This document shows, piece by piece, positions 35,121 through 44,269 of a stretch of DNA of 64,000 nt (its first letter is position 1; every line of letters begins with the position of its first letter). Source of the DNA: Bacteroidaceae bacterium (GTDB lineage Bacteria > Bacillota > Clostridia > Oscillospirales > Oscillospiraceae); assembly GCA_963627135.1 (NCBI GenBank), contig CAVFZY010000015.1, positions 7,382 through 71,381 on the forward strand, in the 5' to 3' direction. Under the pieces are notes generated by a model. It searched no databases, was not told the origin of the DNA, and worked only from the letters and a program-made list of their open reading frames with translations. The position numbers were made by a program, and so were the translations under genes.

Positions 35121-36713
35121 GTGCACAACGACTGGTTCGAGGACGACAATGAGATCCGCCTGCTGCGCCGCGGCAAGCGCCGGCTGCTGGACATCGTGTT
35201 CGGCCGCACGATGGTCATCACGCTGCTGCTCGTGCTGCAGATCGCCATCATGGTGCTCGGCGCGCACTATCTCGGCCGCTACTACCCCGCGCTGACGATC
35301 GTCCTGCGCGTGCTGAGCGTCGTGGTCATCATCTACCTCGTCAACAAGTCCGGCAGTGCGACGACGAAGATCACCTGGATCATCCTCGTCATGGCGCTGC
35401 CCGCGTTCGGCGTGCTGCTGTACCTGTTCGTGCAGCTCGATATCGGCCACCGCTACGCCAACCGCCGCGTGCAGGAGAGTATCCTCAGCACCGTACAGTA
35501 CGTCCCGCGCCAGACCGAGCTCATGGCCCGCCTGCGTACCGAGCTGCCCGAGTTGCACAACCTCGCCGAGTATACGCTGCGCTCCGGCGACTACCCCGTG
35601 TATGAAAACACCGCCGTCACCTACTACCCCATGGGTCAGAATAAGATCGGCGCGCTCATCGAGGCGCTGCAGTCGGCCGAGCACTTCATCTTCCTTGAGT
35701 ATTTCATCATCGAGGAGGGCGACGTCTGGGGCCGTATCCTGAAAATTCTGGAGGAGCGGGTGCGCGCCGGGGTCGAGGTGCGCGTGCTCTATGACGGCAC
35801 GTGCACGTTCTACCGCCTGCCGTACGGCTACCCCAAGCGCATGGAGGCGCTCGGCATCCGCTGCAAGATGTTCGCGCCGCTGCGCCCGCTCGTGAGCACG
35901 TATTATAATAACCGCGACCACCGCAAGATCGCCATTATCGACGGGCGCGTCGGCTTCACTGGCGGCGTGAACCTCGCCGATGAATACGCGAATCTCGTGA
36001 GCGTCTACGGTGTGTGGAAGGACACGGCCGTGCGCTTGGGGGGCGAGGCTGTGCGCTCGCTCACGCTCATGTTCCTGCAGATGTGGGGCATGGACGAGCG
36101 CGAGCCGGACACCGACTCCTACGGCCGCTATCTCCATGTGCCCCAGCGGCTGCTGCCGGAAGCCTCAGGCTACGTCCTGCCGTATGCCGACAGCCCGCTC
36201 GACGATGAGCGCGTGGGCGAGTGCGTGTATCTCGACATCCTCAACCACGCCGAGCGCTATGTGCGCATCATGACCCCGTACCTCATCCTCGACGAGACGA
36301 TGGTCATGGCGCTCACGTTCGCGGCCAAGCGCGGTGTGGATGTGGAGCTCATTTTGCCGCACGTGCCGGATAAAAAGTTTGCCTTTGCCCTCGCCAAGGG
36401 ACACTACCGCGAGCTGCTCGACGCCGGGGTGAAAATTTACGAGTACACGCCCGGCTTCGTGCACGCGAAGGTGTTCGTCAGCGACGACCGCAAGGCTGTC
36501 GTCGGCACGATCAATCTCGATTACCGCAGCCTGTACCTGCACTTTGAAGACGCGGTGTATCTCTATGACTGTCCGTGCATCCAGGACATTGTGGCGGACT
36601 TCGACGCCACGCGCGCCCAGTCGCAGATCGTCACGCACGGCGACCTTGCGCGCATCCCGCTGCACACACGCATCGCGGCCGCGCTGCTCAAGCTTGTCGC
36701 GCCGCTTATGTAA
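35121..36713 (+). CDS. cls: Cardiolipin synthase (PLD superfamily)
   Basis: N-terminal TM helices and two HKD motifs (DHRKIAIIDGRVGFTGGVNL, FVHAKVFVSDDRKAVVGTINLD). GTG start after GGAGG. Confidence 0.92.
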   Translation: MHNDWFEDDNEIRLLRRGKRRLLDIVFGRTMVITLLLVLQIAIMVLGAHYLGRYYPALTIVLRVLSVVVIIYLVNKSGSATTKITWIILVMALPAFGVLLYLFVQLDIGHRYANRRVQESILSTVQYVPRQTELMARLRTELPELHNLAEYTLRSGDYPVYENTAVTYYPMGQNKIGALIEALQSAEHFIFLEYFIIEEGDVWGRILKILEERVRAGVEVRVLYDGTCTFYRLPYGYPKRMEALGIRCKMFAPLRPLVSTYYNNRDHRKIAIIDGRVGFTGGVNLADEYANLVSVYGVWKDTAVRLGGEAVRSLTLMFLQMWGMDEREPDTDSYGRYLHVPQRLLPEASGYVLPYADSPLDDERVGECVYLDILNHAERYVRIMTPYLILDETMVMALTFAAKRGVDVELILPHVPDKKFAFALAKGHYRELLDAGVKIYEYTPGFVHAKVFVSDDRKAVVGTINLDYRSLYLHFEDAVYLYDCPCIQDIVADFDATRAQSQIVTHGDLARIPLHTRIAAALLKLVAPLM

Positions 36714-36741
36714 TCGATTTTTTGAGAAAGGGGAACCCATC

Positions 36742-37293
36742 ATGTCCAAATGTTATCTGCTGTTTGCCGAGGGGCTCGAGGAGTGCGAGGGCCTCATCAC
36801 GCTCGACATTCTCCGCCGCGCCGGACTGGAGACGTATACTGTGTCCGTTCAGGACGCACACACCGTCGTCGGCACGCACGGCGTGCCCATCACGTGCGAC
36901 CGCACGCTGCCGGAGTTGCTGGCAGCGCCGCCGGAGCTCATTGTGCTCCCAGGCGGCATGCCCGGCACGACGAATTTGGCCAAAAGCCCAGCCGTGGAGA
37001 CGCTTGTGCGCCGCACGCTCGAGCATGGCGGCCGCGTGGCTGCCATCTGTGCCGCGCCGAGCGTGCTTGCGCAGTACGGCCTGCTCGCAGGCCGGCGCGC
37101 CACGTGCTATCCCGGCTTTGAGGAAAAATGCACCGGCGCGGACATGGTCGATGCCGATGTCGTCACCGACGGACCGGTCACGACCGGCCGCGCCCTCGGC
37201 GCGGCGATCCCATTTGCGCTCGAGCTTGTGCGCCTGCTCACCGATGAGCAGACCGCCGCGCGCACGGCCGGGGAGATCGTCTGGCACACGTGA
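36742..37293 (+). CDS. DJ-1/PfpI (ThiJ) family protein
   Basis: Motifs LVLPGGMPG and the nucleophile elbow AAICAAPSVL. Confidence 0.88.
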   Translation: MSKCYLLFAEGLEECEGLITLDILRRAGLETYTVSVQDAHTVVGTHGVPITCDRTLPELLAAPPELIVLPGGMPGTTNLAKSPAVETLVRRTLEHGGRVAAICAAPSVLAQYGLLAGRRATCYPGFEEKCTGADMVDADVVTDGPVTTGRALGAAIPFALELVRLLTDEQTAARTAGEIVWHT

Positions 37294-37296
37294 CGG

Positions 37297-37325
37297 TTGA
37301 CAACGCACACGCGCGTGCGTAAAAT
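37297..37325 (+). promoter_or_regulatory. Promoter TTGACA-17-TAAAAT with a palindromic spacer (ACGCAC..GTGCGT)
   Basis: -35 at 37297-37302, -10 at 37320-37325. Confidence 0.6.
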
Positions 37326-37357
37326 AGACAAGATAAAACCATCGAGAGGTCGCCGCC

Positions 37358-37945
37358 ATGGATGAACTGAAACTCATCTTCGCCAGCAACCTGATCCGCC
37401 TGCGCACGGCCGCAGGCATGACGCAGGCCGAGCTCGGCGAACAACTGAATTATTCGGACAAGTCGATCTCCAAATGGGAGCGCGGCGAGGCCATTCCCGA
37501 CGCGGCGGTGCTCAAGCGCATGAGCGAGATCTTCGGCGTCACAGTCGATTACCTGCTCAACGAGCACGACGCCTGGCAGCCGGCACCTGATACCGCCGGT
37601 GCGCGCGACCGCAGCCATTATGCGATCATTCTCGTCGCCCTCATGGGCATTGTCACGCTGGCGGTGCTCGTGTTCGTGGTGCTGTGGCTGTGGCTCGGGC
37701 AGGTGGAATGGATCGTGTTTCCCTGCTTCGTGCCGGCGGCGGTCATCACGTACCTCGTGCTCAACAGCGTATTTTTCGGCGGGCGGGGCAATCTGTACGT
37801 CGTGCTCGGCCTTGTGGCGAGCATCTTCGCGGCCGCTTACCTCATGCTGCTGCGCTTCGGTATGAATTTCTGGCAGCTTTTCCTCATTCTCATCCCGGCC
37901 GAGGCCGTCGTGTATTTCAGCTTCAATATCCGTGCAAAGCATTGA
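37358..37945 (+). CDS. XRE-family HTH protein with C-terminal transmembrane helices (paralog of 6340-6966)
   Basis: LRTAAGMTQAELGEQLNYSDKSISKWERGEAIPDAAVLKRMSEIFGVTVDYLL, followed by about four hydrophobic helices. Confidence 0.85.
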   Translation: MDELKLIFASNLIRLRTAAGMTQAELGEQLNYSDKSISKWERGEAIPDAAVLKRMSEIFGVTVDYLLNEHDAWQPAPDTAGARDRSHYAIILVALMGIVTLAVLVFVVLWLWLGQVEWIVFPCFVPAAVITYLVLNSVFFGGRGNLYVVLGLVASIFAAAYLMLLRFGMNFWQLFLILIPAEAVVYFSFNIRAKH

Positions 37946-37983
37946 TGTTGCAGGCATTCTATGATTTGTAGAGTGCGTCTTTC

Positions 37984-38031
37984 GGGGCGTAGAACAGGGC
38001 AGAGCCGTGTTCTACGCCCCGGTTCCGTTTT
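37984..38031 (+). terminator. Terminator
   Basis: GGGGCGTAGAACA-11 nt-TGTTCTACGCCCC followed by GGTTCCGTTTT. Confidence 0.7.
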
Positions 38032-38139
38032 GTAGGTTGCGCAATGCCCTCCGCTGCGGGTATGATACCTGCGTATTGAGAAGGAACCACACCTGCCCGC
38101 CCGGCGGGCAAATCGAAGGATGCAAAGGAGACCGACAAC

Positions 38140-39027
38140 ATGGCCGATTTCGTACTGAGCTGCTGCTCCACCGCCGACCTGACCAAGGAGCATTTCCAGC
38201 AGCGTGACATTTCGTATATCTGCTTCCACTACGCGCTCGACGGCGTGGACTACCCGGATGATCTGGGCGAGACGATGCCTTTTGACAAGTTTTACGCCGC
38301 AATGGCAAACGGCGCCGAGACGCGCACCTCGCAGGTGAACATCTCGGAGTTCGTAGACTATTTCACCCCGTTTCTCGAGCAGGGCAAGGACATTTTGCAC
38401 GTCTGCCTGTCCTCGGGCCTGTCGGGTGTGTCGAACTCGGCGGAGAACGCCGCGCGCATCGTCCGCGAGCGCTATCCCGACCGGAAAATTTACATCGTCG
38501 ACTCGCTCGGCGCGTCCTCGGGCTACGGCTTGCTGATGGACCGCCTGGCCGACCTGCGCGACGAGGGCATGTCCATCGACGGCGTGCGCGACTGGGCTGA
38601 GGCGCACAAGCTCGAGTTGCACCACTGGTTTTTCTCCACGGACCTGACGTTCTATGTCAAGGGTGGCCGCATCTCGAAGGTGGCCGGTGTGTTCGGCGGC
38701 CTGCTGGACATCTGCCCGCTGCTGAACATGGATAACCTCGGCCGGCTCATCCCGCGCTCCAAGATCCGCGGCAAGAAGCGCGTCATGAAAGAGATCGTTG
38801 CCCGCATGGAAGAGCACGCGCAGGGCGGCCTCGACTACTCCGGCAAGTGCTACATCTCCAATTCGGCGTGCTATGACGACGCGCGCGCCGTGGCCGACGA
38901 GATCGAGCAGAAGTTCCCGAAGCTCAATGGCAAGGTCGAGATCTACAGCGTCGGCACTACCATTGGCAGCCATACCGGTCCGGGCACCGTGGCCCTGTTC
39001 TTCTGGGGCGACGAGCGCAAGGACTGA
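38140..39027 (+). CDS. DegV family (fatty-acid-binding) protein
   Basis: DegV-like layout (..TSQVNISEFVDYF..GKDILHVCLSSGLSGVSNSA..VGTTIGSHTGPGTVALFF). Confidence 0.85.
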   Translation: MADFVLSCCSTADLTKEHFQQRDISYICFHYALDGVDYPDDLGETMPFDKFYAAMANGAETRTSQVNISEFVDYFTPFLEQGKDILHVCLSSGLSGVSNSAENAARIVRERYPDRKIYIVDSLGASSGYGLLMDRLADLRDEGMSIDGVRDWAEAHKLELHHWFFSTDLTFYVKGGRISKVAGVFGGLLDICPLLNMDNLGRLIPRSKIRGKKRVMKEIVARMEEHAQGGLDYSGKCYISNSACYDDARAVADEIEQKFPKLNGKVEIYSVGTTIGSHTGPGTVALFFWGDERKD

Positions 39028-39067
39028 TTGGTCGATAAATCCCCCTTATCTTTTTTCCATCCCAAAC

Positions 39068-39099
39068 AAAATCCCCTGACCGTTCGGTCAGGGGATTTT
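39068..39099. terminator. Bidirectional terminator
   Basis: AAAATCCCCTGACC-GTTC-GGTCAGGGGATTTT. Confidence 0.85.
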
Positions 39100-39168
39100 G
39101 TCGTATTGCTTTCTTCGCGTTTGTGCCGTGCCGCCTCTCGTTTTCTGCATGGGAGACGCTGCCGCAAT

Positions 39169-40743
39169 TTACCACGTCAGCGCGTCGTCAAAGTCCACGA
39201 GGTCGGGCCGCACGGGCTCCTCGCCCATGACGGTCTGCATATAGAGATTGACCTGGCGGCGCATATCGCGCTTGGAGATCGTGCGCGAATCGAGCAGATC
39301 CTGCGCGACCCAGAGCATATGTATGCCGCGCGCGGCCGCCTGCTCCTCGAACACACCGCGCAGACCGTCCATGCCCTTGCAGGAGATCTGGTCGTACATG
39401 AGTACCATGTCGGCGTTGTACTGCCTGCAGACGATCCACAGCTCATCGAGCACGTTTGCGTAGCCGCCCTTCGTGTGCTTGCGCATGGTGGTGCGCTGAT
39501 AGCTGCGCGCGAGATCGGCGAGCGCCTGATCCCGGTCCTTGGTGTTAATAATGATGTCGGAAATGAGCGACTCCATGCTTGCCACGACGTTGATGCCCCA
39601 GCAGTTTTCCGCCCAGACGGAGAAGTCGGGGTAGAAGTTCGCCGGGCACGACCACTCGACGCAGCGGTGGCGCATTGCGGGGGCGCATGGCTTTTTCTGC
39701 TGGTAGCCGCGCATCATGATGCGGTTGACGCGGCGGTCGGTGTCGAGAAAATGCGGGTCCATGCCGCCGGAGAGATGGTAGAAAAACATGCGGTAGATCC
39801 AGAACGTTTCGCCCGTCATTTGCGGGTAGGGCGTGCGGTTGACCTCCCACTTCTGCAACTCGTACTCCGTCTCCTGATTGTAGACCTTCATGGCGCGGAA
39901 AAACGCGTCCCAGTCGAACGTCTCGCCGGTCTGCTCCTCGATGAAGCGGATGAGCCCCCGCAGCTCCTCGACGGCGTAGTCCTGCACTGCCTCCTCATTG
40001 TAGCGGATGGGCACGCCGAAGTAGTACGTGGGGAGGTTAAAGTACCGGTCCTGATACGACGTTGTGGCAACGCTGCCATCGCACGGCATGTTGCAGGCGA
40101 CAAAGCACGTGCCAAGCTTGGGATACTCGTCGCGCAGGGCGCAGCCGGCCTCGGCTGAGGGCAGGGGGCAGACGTCGGCCGGGATGCCGAAGTTCTCGGC
40201 CGCGTCGAGGTACGGCGGGGTGATCTGCTGGTCGAGGATGGAGCACAGAAACACCGGCAGCACCTGCGCCGGCAGGTAGATGAGGTTCGGGAAGCCGGCC
40301 ATGATCTCGCCCGGGACGAGCTCGTCAAAGAGCACGACCTTTTTGGATAGTTTGTTGTCGGGGTGGAAGTGCTCGTCGGCCACGAACGAGATGCGCAGCA
40401 TGTCGGTGGCCTTTTTCACGATGCGGTCGTACTGCGCGCGGGCCATGCGCAGCTGGTTGCCGCGCATGCCGAGCGTGCCGCGGTCGACAAAGTTCGGGTA
40501 GGTCAGATAGGTCGTGAACCACTGGTAGCGAAACAGCGCGCGCACGGCCGACACCGGGCACTTGGCCACAAAGACGACCATGTCCTTCCAGCACTTGAGC
40601 CACATGTAGAAATCGAACGCCGTGTCGCGCACGCCGCGCAGCTCGCGGTAGCGAAACCGGCCCTTTTCGGGATCAAAGCGGTATGTATAGTCATTGATGT
40701 GGCGGAGAAATTCCCGCAGGGAGCGCTTTTCTTTGTCAGCCAT
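39169..40743 (-). CDS. 2-hydroxyacyl-CoA dehydratase family protein (HgdB/BcrC/BadD-like, long form)
   Basis: Family-typical blocks (FDELVPGEIM..GIPADVCPL..CNMPCDG..CKGMDG). ATG at 40743, 9 nt after GAGGAGG. Confidence 0.75.
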   Translation of the reverse strand: MADKEKRSLREFLRHINDYTYRFDPEKGRFRYRELRGVRDTAFDFYMWLKCWKDMVVFVAKCPVSAVRALFRYQWFTTYLTYPNFVDRGTLGMRGNQLRMARAQYDRIVKKATDMLRISFVADEHFHPDNKLSKKVVLFDELVPGEIMAGFPNLIYLPAQVLPVFLCSILDQQITPPYLDAAENFGIPADVCPLPSAEAGCALRDEYPKLGTCFVACNMPCDGSVATTSYQDRYFNLPTYYFGVPIRYNEEAVQDYAVEELRGLIRFIEEQTGETFDWDAFFRAMKVYNQETEYELQKWEVNRTPYPQMTGETFWIYRMFFYHLSGGMDPHFLDTDRRVNRIMMRGYQQKKPCAPAMRHRCVEWSCPANFYPDFSVWAENCWGINVVASMESLISDIIINTKDRDQALADLARSYQRTTMRKHTKGGYANVLDELWIVCRQYNADMVLMYDQISCKGMDGLRGVFEEQAAARGIHMLWVAQDLLDSRTISKRDMRRQVNLYMQTVMGEEPVRPDLVDFDDALTW

Positions 40744-40745
40744 GG

Positions 40746-41942
40746 TCACTTGCCTCCTCTCTGCGCCTGGATCTGCTTGATCTCCAAGCTCTCGACGAAT
40801 GCCTGCACGCGCGTGCGCAGCTGGCCGTTGCCGCCGGTGGCGTTCTGCCGGTCGACCGCGACGGACGGGATGCCGTAGTCGTGCGTGATGACGTGGCTCG
40901 CCAGCGCGCGCTCATAGCCCCAGTACTCGCAGAACTTGAGCTGTTCGTACAGCACGCCCTGCGCGTGGTATTCCTCACACAGGTCGCGCACGAGCCGCCA
41001 GCGGCCCTCCACCTTCTCACGCTGCATGTAGCGCGGGCACTGGCTCGTGGTGAGGTAGTGACGGGCGATGCTCTCGAGCACCGGCAGGTCAGGGTCGAGA
41101 TGAATCTCCTCGCGGCCGGGCGTGGAGCCGAAGCAGAAACGGTCGACCACGACGAGCGCGCCCGCCTCCTCCACGAGCTTGGTGAAGCCGGGGTCGTCGA
41201 TCTCGCTGCCGACGACGGCGATCTTCACACGGAAGTTCGGCTTTGCATCGGGCTCGCGCTGGCGCAGCTCCTCGAGCGTCTCGCGCAGCTTATCGACGAT
41301 GAGGTACTTCGGGCAGCAGTAGCTCACGAGGTTGAGGATGTGGTACTCATAGCCCGTGATGCGCGGGTTTTCCTCCTTGCGGAACCGGCCAATTTCGGTC
41401 AGGATGCGGCAGACCTCGTTGTGCTCGGCCACCGCCTTGCGCAGCGCGTCGTCCGAGACGTCCACGTCGTAGACCTCGTGCAGCGGCTCAAGCACCTTGC
41501 GCCGGAGCTGGTCGACATAGTGGCGCACGGTGTTCGGCGTGACCTTGAAGGGCATGTCGAGGAAGGTGACAAAAAAATTTTCGTTGTCCACGAGATGCAG
41601 CAGCTCGAAGTGCTCGAGCGCGCGGTTCATCTCCGAGCAGGTCTCCGTCGCCAGCAGGGCGGACAGGAAGTTGTAGCCCCCCTCGATGCCGCGCTCGAGC
41701 AGCGACTTGCAGTAGTCGCAGATGAAGTTCGACATGTAGTACGACGAGATGTCCAGCGACCCCGTCAGCGGCGCGCGCAGCCGCACCGAAAAGCAGTCGC
41801 CGGTGTTGAGCAGCACCTCCGGCATGTGGTAGCAGGTGTAGGCCAGCGCGTGCTTCCCCTCGGCACACGCCTGCTGCACGAGCGGGTTGTTCGCGCTCTC
41901 GAGCAGCTTTTCAAATTCGTAAAGATATTTCAGGTCTTTCAA
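40746..41942 (-). CDS. 2-hydroxyacyl-CoA dehydratase family protein (partner subunit)
   Basis: Blocks (ALAYTCYHMPEVLL..SNFICDYCKS..LLATETCSEM..GCIE-like). TTG start after GGAGGGGAG. Tightly coupled to the downstream gene. Confidence 0.75.
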   Translation of the reverse strand: MKDLKYLYEFEKLLESANNPLVQQACAEGKHALAYTCYHMPEVLLNTGDCFSVRLRAPLTGSLDISSYYMSNFICDYCKSLLERGIEGGYNFLSALLATETCSEMNRALEHFELLHLVDNENFFVTFLDMPFKVTPNTVRHYVDQLRRKVLEPLHEVYDVDVSDDALRKAVAEHNEVCRILTEIGRFRKEENPRITGYEYHILNLVSYCCPKYLIVDKLRETLEELRQREPDAKPNFRVKIAVVGSEIDDPGFTKLVEEAGALVVVDRFCFGSTPGREEIHLDPDLPVLESIARHYLTTSQCPRYMQREKVEGRWRLVRDLCEEYHAQGVLYEQLKFCEYWGYERALASHVITHDYGIPSVAVDRQNATGGNGQLRTRVQAFVESLEIKQIQAQRGGK

Positions 41943-42118
41943 ACGGCTCTCCCCTCCATGTTAAAAAAGTCGCATACTGGTAGACACATTATACAGGACA
42001 TTGTCCGATATCGCAATAGATTTTGAACATCTTTCCTGAAAATGTGCAAAAATTGACCACCCGTTTCCACCACCGCTGTGGTATAATGGGCGCAGAAGAT
42101 CTGCAGGAGGTGCCCATC

Positions 42119-42358
42119 ATGAAGCCCCAGTTTGCCAATGTGTTCAACGTCTCGGTCAACGACAACCGCTCGGAGTGCTCGCTGAGCTTTTACCATATGT
42201 ATATGCAGCACAATTACACGCCCCAGCCCAAGGGGCTGATCGACATGCCGGAAAAGACGGTCGGCGAGGTCGCGAGTATCATGCTCACGCGCGAGGGGGC
42301 GCACGCGCTCACGCGCCTGCTCATCCAGAGCTTTGGCCTGCCGGAGGACCAGGCATGA
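42119..42358 (+). CDS. Small hypothetical protein (possibly DUF3467-like)
   Basis: GGAGG RBS 8 nt before the ATG. High third-position GC. ATGA overlap with the next gene. TGGTATAAT extended -10 at 42079-42087. Confidence 0.55.
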   Translation: MKPQFANVFNVSVNDNRSECSLSFYHMYMQHNYTPQPKGLIDMPEKTVGEVASIMLTREGAHALTRLLIQSFGLPEDQA

Positions 42359-42579
42359 GCGCGGCGGAGACGCTCCGCCCCGGCCGCTACCGGCACTTCA
42401 AGGGCAGGGAATATGAGCTGCTGTTTCTCGCCACGCACTCGGAGACGCGGGAGCCGATGGTCGTCTACCGCGCGCTCTACGGGGAGCGGGGCATCTGGGT
42501 GCGCCCCGCCGCCATGTGGGAGGAAGTGATTGAGCGCGACGGGCAGACCGTCCGCCGCTTCACGTACATCGGGGACTGA
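42355..42579 (+). CDS. DUF1653-like small protein
   Basis: GRYRHFKGREYELLFLATHSETREPMVVYRALYGERGIWVRP matches the DUF1653 pattern as I recall it. Confidence 0.65.
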   Translation: MSAAETLRPGRYRHFKGREYELLFLATHSETREPMVVYRALYGERGIWVRPAAMWEEVIERDGQTVRRFTYIGD

Positions 42580-42585
42580 TATGCT

Positions 42586-42618
42586 CCAACGAGAACCGCT
42601 TCGTTGGGTTCTCGTTGG
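42586..42618 (+). terminator. 12-bp hairpin without a U-tract
   Basis: CCAACGAGAACC-9 nt-GGTTCTCGTTGG. Confidence 0.45.
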
Positions 42619-42644
42619 AAGGAGCCGTGGCTGCGGTTTTGGGA

Positions 42645-42673
42645 TTGACCCGCCGCCGGAAACGTGATACCAT
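42645..42673 (+). promoter_or_regulatory. Promoter TTGACC-17-TACCAT (TGA upstream of the -10)
   Basis: -35 at 42645-42650, -10 at 42668-42673. Confidence 0.5.
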
Positions 42674-42720
42674 ATTTTCGGTCACTTTGTGCCGAAACCT
42701 GTCACCGAGGATGTGGGGAT

Positions 42721-43452
42721 ATGCGAAAAGCTCTCAAAACCGTCTTGTGCGTCGCGCTCGTGCTGGCGCTGGCCGTGGTCATTGCGCTGCGCGTGCTGCC
42801 GCCGATGAATGCCCCGGCGCAGTCCGCCGCCGTCACGCCGACCCCGGCCGCGACCATCGCGCCCACCCCCACGCTCGAGCCGGACAACGGCCTGCCGAAG
42901 GTCAACACCGGCAGCTGGGAGCTCACGCTCGTCAACGCGCAGCATTCCATCGGCGAGGCCGTGCCCGAGGATCTTGCCGAGCTCGAGGGCGGCCGGTATT
43001 TTGATGCTCGCGCCGTGGACGCGCTGAAAGAGTTCATCGCCGGCGCGCGCGCCGAGGGGCTGAGTGTGTGCCTGTCGAGCGCGTACCGCAGCTATAACGA
43101 GCAGACGTATCTGTTCAACCGCAAAGTCGGTCAGTGCGGCGGGGACGAGGCCGCGGCCGCCCGCATCGTCAACCGCCCCGGCACGAGCGAGCATCAGCTC
43201 GGCCTGTGTGCCGACATTACGGACAAATTCTACGAGGTCAAGACGCAGGACCTCGAAAAGACTGCGCTCTACCAGTGGATGTACGCCCACTGCCAGGACT
43301 ACGGCTTCATCCTGCGCTACCCCGCCGACAAGCAGGACATCACCGGCGTCATGTACGAGCCATGGCACTTCCGCTACGTCGGCAAGGAGGCGGCCGCGTA
43401 CATCATGGGCAACGGCCTCTGCTTCGAGGAGTTCCTCGACCTGTATAAATGA
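42721..43452 (+). CDS. D-alanyl-D-alanine carboxypeptidase (VanY/peptidase M15B family), membrane-anchored
   Basis: Motifs SAYRSYNEQ, GTSEHQLGLCADI and YEPWHFRYVG. N-terminal TM anchor. Confidence 0.88.
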   Translation: MRKALKTVLCVALVLALAVVIALRVLPPMNAPAQSAAVTPTPAATIAPTPTLEPDNGLPKVNTGSWELTLVNAQHSIGEAVPEDLAELEGGRYFDARAVDALKEFIAGARAEGLSVCLSSAYRSYNEQTYLFNRKVGQCGGDEAAAARIVNRPGTSEHQLGLCADITDKFYEVKTQDLEKTALYQWMYAHCQDYGFILRYPADKQDITGVMYEPWHFRYVGKEAAAYIMGNGLCFEEFLDLYK

Positions 43453-43548
43453 ATCTCCCCGGGGTGCGTCCTGCAGGAAACGCCCCGGATTTGTGCGTTT
43501 TGCTGCAAAGTTCTAGTTAATTTTTATGGAAATTGTGAAAATCCCCGC

Positions 43549-43577
43549 TTGTAATCTTGCATTTTCTCTGTTAAACT
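43549..43577 (+). promoter_or_regulatory. Promoter TTGTAA-17-TAAACT
   Basis: -35 at 43549-43554, -10 at 43572-43577. AT-rich surroundings. Confidence 0.45.
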
Positions 43578-43613
43578 ATAAATAACTGAAAAAGAAAGGA
43601 GCGTGATAACGTT

Positions 43614-43688
43614 ATGCGTACCAATCGAGTCCAGGACTTGGACGATCTGATTTTCTCGGACAGCAGCTGGCAGCCCAGCAGCAAGTGA
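43614..43688 (+). CDS. Candidate 24-codon sORF (MRTNRVQDLDDLIFSDSSWQPSSK)
   Basis: AAGGAG at 43596-43601, 12 nt before the ATG. Own promoter upstream and own terminator downstream. Below the length cut-off of the ORF track. Confidence 0.3.
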   Translation: MRTNRVQDLDDLIFSDSSWQPSSK

Positions 43689-43710
43689 GAAGCCATAGAG
43701 CCGGATGACG

Positions 43711-43734
43711 CCACGCCATGTGCGTGGATTTTTT
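43711..43734 (+). terminator. Terminator of the sORF unit
   Basis: CCACGC-CATGT-GCGTGG followed by ATTTTTT. Confidence 0.6.
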
Positions 43735-43839
43735 ATATTTAAAACGCGATCCATACCGGCCTTCGTTTGAAAAACGGTTGCATTTTTCGCGCCGTTGTGC
43801 TACGAATAGAAATACTAATAAAATAGGAGGCTGATCTCT

Positions 43840-44202
43840 ATGGCATTTATCCGTAAGCTCACCGACACTCCAGAGTGTCAGGAGCATGTCCGGGGCGGCG
43901 CAGGCTACCTCGAGCGCTATCCGCTCCTCTCCCCGGAGGAGATGCTCGGCGCTGGCTCACTCTGCGCCCGTCTCGTGCTGCAGCCCGGCTGTGAAGTTGG
44001 CGAGCACACCCACCACGGCAACTATGAAGTGTACTACTTCCTTTCCGGCCACGGTATTTACCGCAGCAACGGCGAGACGACGACCGTGGACGCCGGCACC
44101 GTGACCTTCACGGGCGACGGCGAAAGTCATTTCCTGCGCAACGACGGCCCCGAGCCGCTGGAGTTTTTGGCCCTTGTGCTCAATCTCCCCGTGCAGGCAT
44201 AA
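43840..44202 (+). CDS. Cupin domain protein
   Basis: Cupin_2 motifs GCEVGEHTHHGNYEVYYFLSG and GTVTFTGDGESHFLRN. AGGAGG RBS. Confidence 0.85.
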   Translation: MAFIRKLTDTPECQEHVRGGAGYLERYPLLSPEEMLGAGSLCARLVLQPGCEVGEHTHHGNYEVYYFLSGHGIYRSNGETTTVDAGTVTFTGDGESHFLRNDGPEPLEFLALVLNLPVQA

Positions 44203-44221
44203 ACAACGGAAATGAAAAGCA

Positions 44222-44256
44222 ATCAGCGGGCATCCATCCATCGGATGCCCGCTGAT
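44222..44256. terminator. Bidirectional terminator
   Basis: ATCAGCGGGCATCC-7 nt-GGATGCCCGCTGAT. Confidence 0.8.
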
Positions 44257-44269
44257 CTTATGTATGCAC

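Noticed and set aside
43524-43887. Minus-strand ORFs of 76 and 91 aa in the VanY-cupin gap
   Set aside because: They have no RBS, are AT-rich with low third-position GC, and overlap the better-supported plus-strand promoter, sORF and terminator unit.
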